Assembly: GCF_900232105.1 (NCBI RefSeq)
Contig: NZ_LT934425.1
Location: 1,920,001 to 1,952,000 of the forward strand
Origin: Candidatus Kuenenia stuttgartensis
GTDB lineage: Bacteria; Planctomycetota; Brocadiia; Brocadiales; Brocadiaceae
DNA: 32,000 nt
Direction of reading: 5' to 3'
This document shows, in pieces, positions 18,962 through 27,060 of this stretch; within the stretch, counting starts at the first letter, position 1, and each line of letters opens with the position of its first letter. The translations under genes were made by a program, and so were the position numbers. A model generated the notes under the pieces. The model searched no databases. It was not told the origin of the DNA and was given only the letters and a program-made list of their open reading frames with translations.

Positions 18962-20318
18962 AGCCATAGCTATTTTGGAGATGGACAGAGAGGATGCGAT
19001 TCAAGCCATCCTGATACTGGCGGAGAAAGCAGAAAAATATGACCGGCTTTGCGATAAACCGGGTCCGACTACCCCTTCCGGTTCGATACCGCCCTATCTA
19101 AAGCCCACAAAGAAAAAGAGAAAACGGCCTTGTGGCAGGAAAAAGGGACATAAGGGAGTTTGCCGGAAACGACCTGAAACAGTAACTGCCTATCAAACGC
19201 ATTCCATGGAGAGTTGCCCTGATTGCCACCAGCCATTACAAAAACCGGTAAGAACTTATAAGCGATACATCGAAGATATTCCACGCCTTGACCCTGTTGT
19301 GACGGAACATACAGTTCATGGTTACTGGTGTGCTTGTTGCAAAAAGATAGTTCAACCCAAGGTCACAGATGCGTTGCATGGCGCCCGACTAGGATTGCGC
19401 CTTGTTGTCTTTACCGCATGGCTTCACTACTTAATCGGTATCAGTGTAAACAACATCGTAAAGATGCTTTCCGTATTTTTCAACCTTCAAATAAGCGCCG
19501 GCGGTCTAACCCAGGCATGGAAATCCCTTGCAACACTCCTGGAGCCACAGTATAACGAGATTGGCCAAAAAGTCTCCGCAAGCGCTGTCTTACATGCAGA
19601 TGAAACCGGATGGAGGTTGAATGGAAAAACCCATTGGCTATGGTGTTTTACAACACAAAAACTCTGCTACTATCTCATAACACCAAGTCGGGGGTCTCCT
19701 GTCATAAAAAAACTCTTGGGCATTCTATTTGGTGGTATCCTGATCTGTGACTTTCTGGGCGCTTACAACAAGATAAGCGCACTGGCAAAGCAGCGGTGTT
19801 TCTATCATCTGTTCACGGAACTCGTGAAAGTAGATGCCCACAACCATTCTGCCGCATGGAAAGCTTTCCGGAAAAAACTCTCCCGGTTGCTCAAGGATGC
19901 CATCCGGTTATCAGAGAAAAAGAACCAGATAAGCCTGGTATGCTTTCTTCGGCTAAAAAAAAGATTGTATCGCAGGCTTGAACAGTTTTTGGCAACGCCT
20001 TGTCAGGATAAAGACGTACAAAGATTGACCAAACGCCTGAAGCGCCATAAACAGGAACTCTTTACGTTCCTGGAACATGAAGGTGTGAGTCCCTATAATA
20101 ATCATGCCGAGCAACAGATGCGAAAGCCAGTATTGACCCGAAAGGTATCACAACAGAATCGTTCTGTTCAGGGCGCCAATACCCAGGCTATCCTTATGAC
20201 GTTGCTTCGCTCTGCAGAATTGCAAGGAGACAACCCCGTGGAAAACCTTCTGGCATACGCCAAAAAAGCTCTTTTAACAAAAACCACTTCCGGCTTAACT
20301 TATAATATCGCTTGTTAA
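18948..20318 (+). CDS. IS66-family transposase (TnpC-type)
   Basis: GTG start with ggagg upstream. CGRKKGHKG, CPDCHQPL, VLHADETGWRLNGKTHWLW, ICDFLGAYNKI...FYHLFTEL, YNNHAEQQMRKPVLTRKVS. Confidence 0.95.
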   Translation: MTRDEAIAILEMDREDAIQAILILAEKAEKYDRLCDKPGPTTPSGSIPPYLKPTKKKRKRPCGRKKGHKGVCRKRPETVTAYQTHSMESCPDCHQPLQKPVRTYKRYIEDIPRLDPVVTEHTVHGYWCACCKKIVQPKVTDALHGARLGLRLVVFTAWLHYLIGISVNNIVKMLSVFFNLQISAGGLTQAWKSLATLLEPQYNEIGQKVSASAVLHADETGWRLNGKTHWLWCFTTQKLCYYLITPSRGSPVIKKLLGILFGGILICDFLGAYNKISALAKQRCFYHLFTELVKVDAHNHSAAWKAFRKKLSRLLKDAIRLSEKKNQISLVCFLRLKKRLYRRLEQFLATPCQDKDVQRLTKRLKRHKQELFTFLEHEGVSPYNNHAEQQMRKPVLTRKVSQQNRSVQGANTQAILMTLLRSAELQGDNPVENLLAYAKKALLTKTTSGLTYNIAC

Positions 20319-20449
20319 TTTTTCAAAGAACTAAAGTGTTACAAATAATTAAGTGAAAGGCCATTGAAAGTCAGGCGATGGTCACGAACAGTTGAGATCC
20401 TGACATAAACTTGTGTGACGGGGTCTCCTGTCGCAAAAAAGGAGTTAGA

Positions 20450-20836
20450 ATGATGTTCAAGAGAGTCGACCATGTGGAAATTGTACCAGGGAATGCGGAA
20501 AAGACCATAGACTTCTATGTAGACATTCTTGGCTTTAGAATCAGGAGTCGTAAGGAAATGAAAATGCCGCCCATGAAAGAGATTGTTTATATTGAACTTG
20601 GCGATACGGTGCTTGAAATCATCTCCGTGGACGATCCCAAGCCGAAATCCAATAACCCCTGGGAGGTAGGATACAGAGGCATTGCCCTCGAGGTGGACGA
20701 TATGGCAATGACGGTGGATTATCTGAAGGGCAAAGGGATAGCCATAGCCCAAGAGCCAGTAGACCTGGGCAATTCGTTCCGTGGAGAGATAAGAGACCCG
20801 GATGGGCTTATTATAGAACTCCGGCAGTGGAAGTAG
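20450..20836 (+). CDS. VOC/glyoxalase superfamily protein, copy 1 (intact)
   Basis: MFKRVDHVEIVPGNAEKTIDFYVDILGFRIRSRKEM...IVYIELGDTVLEII...RGIALEVDD...FRGEIRDPDGLIIELRQ. Confidence 0.9.
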   Translation: MMFKRVDHVEIVPGNAEKTIDFYVDILGFRIRSRKEMKMPPMKEIVYIELGDTVLEIISVDDPKPKSNNPWEVGYRGIALEVDDMAMTVDYLKGKGIAIAQEPVDLGNSFRGEIRDPDGLIIELRQWK

Positions 20837-21091
20837 CAGAACGACGCCCATTAACGACCGGACGGTTTCAGCGGACAGGATGTCGTTGATGAGCCGGAGC
20901 GTTAGGCACAAGTAAAGTAACTATTCAGCGTAATTTATTAAACTACCGGAGATCAGAACGCAATTGCACTGGAAATTTTGTTTCCAGTGAGGGTCTGATT
21001 TGATAAATTACAAACTGTCTTAACCCTGTGATTTTATCCCCTATCTATCAGCAAACAGGCGAGAAACCGGAGTTTCTCGAACAAATGCGCA

Positions 21092-21167
21092 TTCCCAAAC
21101 AGATACTTCACTATGTTCTGTACAAGGTTTGGGAACGAGCCGTGTATCGTTTACGCTGAATAGTTAC
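21092..21167 (+). repeat. 76-bp repeat, copy A
   Basis: ttcccaaacagatacttcactatgttctgtacaaggtttgggaacgagccgtgtatcgtttacgctgaatagttac; near-identical to 25255..25330. Confidence 0.93.
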
Positions 21168-21218
21168 CAAGGAAATGCGATTGTGATAAGAGACTAAAAA
21201 CATGAGGAGGTTTTACAG

Positions 21219-22165
21219 ATGATCTCAGACAAGATGATGCAGCTTCTTAAATGTGAGGGTATAGTCGCAATAGTGACCATGGGCGGCGACGGTCCGCATG
21301 TGGTAAATACCTGGAATAGCTACATAGACGTCACCCTAGACGGGTATCTTTTGCTCCCTGTTGGAGGGTAAGAGCTATGGAGGACTTTATACTAAAAACT
21401 ATTACCAATCCAGCGATTATTTTCTTGATACCAGCCTACTCAATTTCTTTTCACAACTGCCGTCCCCCAACTGGAACTTTCACTCAAGAGCAAGAAACTA
21501 AGGTAAAAATCTAGCTGGTCAAATTCTATAATATCACAGGCTTAAACAAATAACATTAACGCATCAGGAGGGATAAAAATGCAAAAGTATGGCTCTTTAT
21601 TATCACGTTTATTAATATCGGCGATTTTCATATTTGCTGGATTGGGAAAAATCTTTGATCCGACATCAACTATGGGTTACATGAAATCAACTGGAATGCC
21701 CGCAGTGAGATTTTTTCTGGTAATGGCAATTATTTTTGAACTGGCAGGAGGGATTTCAGTGCTGATCGGATACAAAGCAAGATTAGGCGCACTTGGATTG
21801 ATTGTATTTTTAATTCCTGTAACGTTGATTTTTCATAACAATTTCAGTGATCAGACGCAGTTAATCATGTTTATGAAAAACATGGCCATTTTGGGCGCAC
21901 TCATTGCCATTGCGATAAACGGGCCAGGTGGCATGAGTTTAGACGGACGAAAACCGGCTTTATCATAGTTGCTTTTACTTAGACAGTAAAGCACTTTAAG
22001 AATATAAGCCCGTTTACACATTGCTGTCTTCGGTACCGGGTTCCTGGTCAAAGGCACGGGACCTTCGTGAAAACCGGCGAGCGATTTGCCATCGTAAAGA
22101 AGCGTCTTTCTTGGGCAAAAGCGGCAATGGAGATAACGATACTCTCCGTTACGCAGACATTGTAA
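21219..22165 (+). pseudogene. Pyridoxamine 5'-phosphate oxidase-like FMN-binding protein, copy 1, split by a DoxX-containing segment
   Basis: 5' part 21219..21371 reads MISDKMMQLLKCEGIVAIVTMGGDGPHVVNTWNSYIDVTLDGYLLLPVGG*. The 3' part at about 22030..22165 matches the end of the intact copy at 24518..24889, with an extra 1-nt deletion. Confidence 0.87.
21579..21968 (+). CDS. DoxX family membrane protein
   Basis: LLSRLLISAIFIFAGLGKIFDPTSTMGYMKSTGMP...ELAGGISVLIGYKARLGALGLIVFLIPVTLIFHNF-like. Confidence 0.9.
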   Translation: MQKYGSLLSRLLISAIFIFAGLGKIFDPTSTMGYMKSTGMPAVRFFLVMAIIFELAGGISVLIGYKARLGALGLIVFLIPVTLIFHNNFSDQTQLIMFMKNMAILGALIAIAINGPGGMSLDGRKPALS

Positions 22166-22186
22166 ACATAAGGAGCAATAAATTAG

Positions 22187-23410
22187 ATGCAGCTCGAAAC
22201 GCCTTCCGCAACCATAGAGCACTCCGCTCGAACGGTGTTCCCAATTCTGATTGCCATCGGTTTTTCGCATTTGTTGAACGATACGATTCAATCGTTGATT
22301 CCGGCCATTTACCCCATCGTCAAGGAATCGTTTCATTTGACTTTCGCGCAAGTCGGATTGATTACACTCACTTTTCAAATGACCGCTTCGTTATTGCAGC
22401 CAGTGGTCGGGTTTTACACAGATCGAAATCCGAAACCCTTCTCACTGGCCATAGGAATGTCGTTCACGTTGTTTGGGTTGATCTGCCTTGCGTTCGCCTC
22501 TGGTTTTCCCTGGTTGCTTTTTTCAGTCGGACTGGTTGGTTTGGGTTCGTCGATCTTCCATCCCGAATCTTCGCGCATCGCTTACATGGCATCGGGTGGC
22601 CGGCACGGATTTGCCCAATCGCTTTTTCAAGTCGGAGGAAATGCGGGAAGTGCGATCGGCCCGTTATGCGCCGCGTTGATTATTGCGGGACATGGACAGC
22701 GCAATATACTTTGGTTTTCACTTGCGGCAATTGTGGGAATCGCAGTCCTATACAAAGTCGGACAATGGTATCAAACTCATCATCACAGGATCGTCGGCGC
22801 AACAAAACACCCGCTTCGAAATGCTTCGTTGAGTTCAACAAAAATCGCGATGTCTCTGTTTATCCTAATTGCTCTGATTTTTTCAAAATATTTTTATTTG
22901 ACCAGCCTCACGAGTTATTACACGTTTTATCTGATCCACACATTTCACGTCTCAGTGGCCAGCGCACAGGTTCATCTGTTCTTGTTTCTGTTTGCAGTCG
23001 CGGCGGGAACATTTATCGGCGGGCCGTTGGGTGATCGGTTCGGGCGTAAATACGTGATCTGGATTTCTATTCTTGGCGTGTCTCCGTTCACGATTGCTCT
23101 GCCTTACGCGAATCTGATGTGGACTTCAATTCTTACTGTGCCGATAGGCGTCATTTTGGCGTCGGCGTTTTCTGCCATCCTGGTTTATGCGCAGAATTTG
23201 CTGCCGGGAAAGATCGGAATGGTTGCGGGACTGTTTTTCGGTCTGGCCTTCGGCATGGCGGGCATCGGTTCAGCCATTTTGGGGAAGTTGGCCGATCTAA
23301 CCAGTATTTCTTACGTCTTTCACGTTTGTTCCTATTTACCGCTGATCGGTCTGTTGACCGGCTTTTTGCCTAATATTGAGATAAGCGGTGATATTTCACA
23401 GGAGGAATAA
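22187..23410 (+). CDS. fsr: MFS transporter, fosmidomycin-resistance (Fsr) type
   Basis: IGFSHLLNDTIQSLIPAIYPIVKESFHLTFAQVGLITLTFQMTASLLQPVVGFYTDRNPKP...GMAGIGSAILGKLADLTS; 12-TM-type hydrophobicity. Confidence 0.87.
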   Translation: MQLETPSATIEHSARTVFPILIAIGFSHLLNDTIQSLIPAIYPIVKESFHLTFAQVGLITLTFQMTASLLQPVVGFYTDRNPKPFSLAIGMSFTLFGLICLAFASGFPWLLFSVGLVGLGSSIFHPESSRIAYMASGGRHGFAQSLFQVGGNAGSAIGPLCAALIIAGHGQRNILWFSLAAIVGIAVLYKVGQWYQTHHHRIVGATKHPLRNASLSSTKIAMSLFILIALIFSKYFYLTSLTSYYTFYLIHTFHVSVASAQVHLFLFLFAVAAGTFIGGPLGDRFGRKYVIWISILGVSPFTIALPYANLMWTSILTVPIGVILASAFSAILVYAQNLLPGKIGMVAGLFFGLAFGMAGIGSAILGKLADLTSISYVFHVCSYLPLIGLLTGFLPNIEISGDISQEE

Positions 23411-24006
23411 TGATGACTATTTTAGCGAAGATTGATGCACGCAGGGCGTTTGAGTTATTGGCGGATCCGGAAACACTGCTCGTTTGCGCTTACGAAGGAG
23501 ACGAAGAATTCCAGCAGCACCACCTGGAGGGTGCGATCTCGCTGCACGACTTTTTGTCGCGAAAGGAGTCGTTGCGGAAGGGCCAGCCGATCATCTTTTA
23601 CTGTGCCTGCCCACATGACGAAACAGCAAATGGCCAGGCGAGTAAGTATCAGAACGAAGGCTTCACGAATGTGAATGTCCTAGAAGGTGGAGTACACGTC
23701 TGGAAAGAGGCGGGCTGTACGGTTGCGATGTCTATGCCCCCAACCGAAATCGATCTCGACGCTTATTTCGCTCGCATCCGTTACGCCGGGCCGCGAAAAC
23801 CGACGCTCGCCTTGCTTCATGCCATCGTTGCCCATCACGTCGCCGCAATCCCGTTCGAGAACCTCGACGTGCTGCTGAGCTGGCCCATCCTGCTGGAACC
23901 CGCTTCGCTCCAAAAAAAATTGATTCACGACCGCCGCGGTGGATACTGCTTCGAACAAAACGTGCTTTTTCTGCTTCTTGACACCCCCCAAGACAGAAGG
24001 AGATAG
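23410..24006 (+). CDS. Rhodanese-like domain joined to a truncated arylamine N-acetyltransferase N-terminus
   Basis: LLVCAYEGDEEFQQHHLEGAISLHDF...IIFYCACPHDETA (rhodanese), then IDLDAYFARIRYAGPRKPTLALLHAIVAHHVAAIPFENLDVLL...LIHDRRGGYCFEQNVLFL (NAT, catalytic Cys context). The NAT part ends abruptly at the junction near 23980. Confidence 0.8.
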   Translation: MMTILAKIDARRAFELLADPETLLVCAYEGDEEFQQHHLEGAISLHDFLSRKESLRKGQPIIFYCACPHDETANGQASKYQNEGFTNVNVLEGGVHVWKEAGCTVAMSMPPTEIDLDAYFARIRYAGPRKPTLALLHAIVAHHVAAIPFENLDVLLSWPILLEPASLQKKLIHDRRGGYCFEQNVLFLLLDTPQDRRR

Positions 24007-24010
24007 TACG

Positions 24011-24395
24011 ATGTTCAAGAGAGTCGATCATGTAGAAATTGTACCAAAGGAATGCGGAAAAGACCATTGACTTCTATGTAGACGTTCTTGGCTTTAGCAT
24101 CAGGAGTCGTAAGGAAATGAAAATACCGCCCATGAAAGAGATTGTTTATATTGAACTTGGCGATACGGTCATTGAGATTCTCCCCGTAGATGATCTCAGG
24201 CCAAAATCCGGAAATCCCTGGGAGATAGGATATAGGGGCATTGCCATTGAGGTGGACGATATGGCAACGGCGATGGATTATCTGAAGGGCAAAGGGATAG
24301 CCATCGCCCAGGAGCCAATAGACCTGGGCAATTCGTTCCGTGGAGAAATAAGAGACCAGGATGGACTTATTATAGAACTCCGGCTGTGGAAGTAG
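24011..24395 (+). pseudogene. VOC/glyoxalase copy 2, frameshifted
   Basis: gtaccaaaggaatgcgg versus gtaccagggaatgcgg in copy 1, a +1 insertion; the rest is near-identical. Confidence 0.9.
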
Positions 24396-24517
24396 CAAAA
24401 CGACGCACATTAACGACCGGCCGGTTCCAGCGGACAGGATGCCGTTGATGAGCCGGAGCGTCAGGCACAAGGAAATGCGATTGTGATAAGATACTTAAAA
24501 ATGAGGAGGTTTTACAG

Positions 24518-24889
24518 ATGATCCCAGACAAAATGATGCAGATTCTTAAATGTGAGGGTGTAGTCGCAATAGTGACCATGGGCGGCGATGGTCCGCATGT
24601 GGTAAATACCTGGAATAGCTACATAGATGTCACCCGAGATGAACATCTGTTGATCCCGGTTGGCGGCATGATACGGACAGAGGCCAATGTGGAGAAAAAT
24701 AACAATATTCTTTTAACCCTTGGAAGCCGAGAGGTACAGGGATTCCGCGGTCCAGGTGCTGGGTTCCTGATCAAAGGCACGGCGACCTTCATAAAATCTG
24801 GCGGACAATTTGACATCGTAAAAAAGCGATTCTCCTGGGTAAGGGCAGCTATGGAGATAACAATCCTCTCTGCCACGCAGACATTGTAA
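24518..24889 (+). CDS. Pyridoxamine 5'-phosphate oxidase-like protein, copy 2 (intact)
   Basis: MIPDKMMQILKCEGVVAIVTMGGDGPHVVNTWNSYIDVTRDEHLLIPVGGMIRTEANVEKNNNILLTLGSREV...; gaggagg RBS. Confidence 0.85.
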   Translation: MIPDKMMQILKCEGVVAIVTMGGDGPHVVNTWNSYIDVTRDEHLLIPVGGMIRTEANVEKNNNILLTLGSREVQGFRGPGAGFLIKGTATFIKSGGQFDIVKKRFSWVRAAMEITILSATQTL

Positions 24890-25047
24890 AAACAGAGTTT
24901 GGCGTGTGAGATTAAAAAGGCGCTATCTTTATTGCAAAAGATGCGAACGATTCTTCGTAAGGCATGACAACTACTCAGCGATAAAATGCATCTGGAATAG
25001 GCCAATATGAGGGGCATGGCCGCCTGGATTGGATTGGAGGAATAACT

Positions 25048-25206
25048 ATGGAGTAGTACAGATGCTTTGCTTGTGGATATGTCTATGACCCAAAATCTGG
25101 CGATCCTGACTATGAAATTACTCCTGCCACCCGTTTTCATAATCTACCTGATGATTGGGTCTGTCCGGAATGTGGGGCGCCAAAAGAACAATTTGAAAAA
25201 ATTTAA
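25048..25206 (+). pseudogene. Second rubredoxin gene with an in-frame TAG at codon 3
   Basis: ATG GAG TAG TAC AGA TGC TTT GCT TGT GGA...; reads [51 protein letters not shown]. Same length as the copy at 15683. Confidence 0.85.
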
Positions 25207-25254
25207 AATCATCGAAAAAAGGTAACACTTTAGTTCTATGAAAAAAAACGCTCG

Positions 25255-25330
25255 TTCCCAAACAGATACTTCACTATGTTCAGTACAAGGTTTGGGAACT
25301 AGCCGTGTATCGTTTACGCTGAATAGTTAC
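25255..25330 (+). repeat. 76-bp repeat, copy B, preceded by an IS66-TIR-like block at 25222..25245
   Basis: Near-identical to 21092..21167; upstream GTAACACTTTAGTTCTATGAAAAA. Confidence 0.93.
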
Positions 25331-25340
25331 AGAAAATATA

Positions 25341-26123
25341 CTATTTCCAATCATAGGGCATCTTTCTTAACAACAGCCTTGTGCCGTACAACACCCCGAT
25401 ACCTGTTCCAATAAGGATAAAAATGAGAATTACGGTTCTTTCGATATCTGCATTGGAAAGACTCATAAATATTGCTATAGGAATCGTTTCTGTTTTCATT
25501 GCCATTGAGCCTGCAATGGTGATAGTTGCACCAAATTCTCCAAGCGCCTTTGCCCATGTTAAAATAGCGCCGGCAATAATGCCACGTTTGCTCAGGGGAA
25601 GCGTGACCGTTAAAAATGATTTTAGCGGCGATGCGCCAAGCGAACTGGCAACATCCTCGTACTTGCCGGGTATTTCGTCCATCGCAGCCTTTATTAGCCG
25701 CGTTGCAATTCCGGCAGTAGTGATAAATTGGGCAAGGATAATCCCCGGGAAGGCAAACACGAACTGCACTCCGTGTTGCTGCAGCCAGCTTCCGGCAGGG
25801 TTGCTGAAAAAAATGAGAAGCATGGCGCCCAGCGCAGCAGGAGAAACAATCATTGGAAGTTCGAGCATCGTATCTATAATGCCTTTTCCGGGAAAATGAC
25901 ACCGCGACAATGCATAGGCGGAGGGGATGGCAATGAACAAAGAAATTAATGTCGCGATGGTAGCCGCTGACACGCTGAGGCGAATGGAATAAAAAGTTCT
26001 CTCATTAAAAAGCGTCTCTGCAAAAAGGGATCCCCTGAAAAAGTAGGCAAGTGATACAATAAGCCCGGCATAGAGGAAAAACGAGCAGAAAGCAAACATT
26101 ATACAAAGTCTTTTAAATCTCAT
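25341..26123 (-). CDS. modB: Molybdate/tungstate ABC transporter permease
   Basis: Permease signature EVASSLGASPLKSFLTVTLPLSKRGIIAGAILTWAKALGEFGATITIAG-like. An ATG at 26123 overlaps the modA stop (ATGA); the ORF track extends to 26186. Confidence 0.88.
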   Translation of the reverse strand: MRFKRLCIMFAFCSFFLYAGLIVSLAYFFRGSLFAETLFNERTFYSIRLSVSAATIATLISLFIAIPSAYALSRCHFPGKGIIDTMLELPMIVSPAALGAMLLIFFSNPAGSWLQQHGVQFVFAFPGIILAQFITTAGIATRLIKAAMDEIPGKYEDVASSLGASPLKSFLTVTLPLSKRGIIAGAILTWAKALGEFGATITIAGSMAMKTETIPIAIFMSLSNADIERTVILIFILIGTGIGVLYGTRLLLRKMPYDWK

Positions 26124-26983
26124 TTCCCGGTCGTCCATTCTGCCGGAACGGCATATTCGCCGCCAACAGGCTTTTGACCTATCCATGCAAAGGCTTCCTG
26201 TTCCGATGAAAAATATTGATACTCTTTGAATATTGATCGTACTTCTTCAGAAAGGATGAAATCAACAAACTGCTCAGCAAGCACTTTGTTTTTAGTAAAG
26301 GTGGAGACCGCGATAGGTATATAACCCACACGCACAACTTCATCGCTCTTTAGGGGAATTGTTTCAACTGTCTCCGGGTTCCAGTGCTGAAAAACACTCC
26401 ACCCTATTACCGCATCCACCTGTTTTAAAGAGACAACCGTCAGTGTTTTTGCGCAACTCTCCGTATAATTTACAATGTTTTTTTTAAAATCTTTTTTCTG
26501 CTTTTTTGTGAAATTCTTTTCAATTATTTCCACTGCATACGCTCCGACACACACACCCTCCGGATTTGCTATGGCTACTTTAATACCGGGATGCGCCAAA
26601 TCTTCCAGGCCTTTAATATGCTTCGGGTTGCCTTTTTGCACATTTATTGCAGGGACAAGATACACAACAATCCTTTCAGTTTCAGGATATACATAGCCTT
26701 CCCTTTTTGCCTTTTCCATATAGTCTGATGAACCCGGGAAATAAATATCTCCTTTCTTTGCCAATATCATCTGCGAGAGAATATATCCCGAACCACCAAA
26801 TACTACCTCTACCCTAACACCCGTCTTTTTTTCAAACAGCTTCACCGCCTCCTCGGTCGGCGGCTTGCTTGCAGCGCCTACGAAAAGCAGAAGCCGTTCA
26901 CCGTTTTCAGACAGAACTTCTGTTGCTACGAAAAATATTGCCACAGAAAAAACGGCACCGGCAAGAAATAGTCTGGATACCAT
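26120..26983 (-). CDS. modA: Molybdate/tungstate-type ABC transporter substrate-binding protein
   Basis: LLLFVGAASKPPTEEAVKLFEKKTGVRVEVVFGGSGYILSQM...GDIYFPGSSDYMEKA; operon context. Specificity (Mo or W) not resolvable. Confidence 0.82.
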   Translation of the reverse strand: MVSRLFLAGAVFSVAIFFVATEVLSENGERLLLFVGAASKPPTEEAVKLFEKKTGVRVEVVFGGSGYILSQMILAKKGDIYFPGSSDYMEKAKREGYVYPETERIVVYLVPAINVQKGNPKHIKGLEDLAHPGIKVAIANPEGVCVGAYAVEIIEKNFTKKQKKDFKKNIVNYTESCAKTLTVVSLKQVDAVIGWSVFQHWNPETVETIPLKSDEVVRVGYIPIAVSTFTKNKVLAEQFVDFILSEEVRSIFKEYQYFSSEQEAFAWIGQKPVGGEYAVPAEWTTGK

Positions 26984-27060
26984 AAGTTAACTCCTTGTTA
27001 TATTATTAAATGAGGTTAATAAATTTTGTTCTATTACACTAAAACGTAATCGCCCTTATA

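Larger units (their letters stand above)
17976..20342 (+). mobile_element. IS66-family insertion sequence with DUF4338 gene, 2367 bp
   Basis: Perfect 28-bp terminal inverted repeats GTAACACTTTAGTTCTTTGAAAAATTAA. 8-bp target duplication AAATAATT at 17968..17975 and 20343..20350. Confidence 0.96.

Noticed and set aside
5596-20342. Possible Druantia anti-phage system because of DruA-like domains
   Set aside because: No druB-druE, helicase or other defence partners are visible. Both copies lie inside IS boundaries, so a transposon accessory is the simpler reading.
20339-20911. 190-aa minus-strand ORF, echoed by 24015..24470 minus
   Set aside because: Antisense shadow of the VOC gene; the similarity between the two copies is explained by the nucleotide duplication.
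22021-23034. 337-aa plus-strand ORF
   Set aside because: Out-of-frame shadow of the Fsr-type MFS gene and PPOX remnant; Arg/Ser/Cys-rich nonsense composition with no recognisable family motifs.
25351-25902. 183-aa minus and 172-aa plus ORFs overlapping modB
   Set aside because: Alternative frames of the well-supported modB permease.
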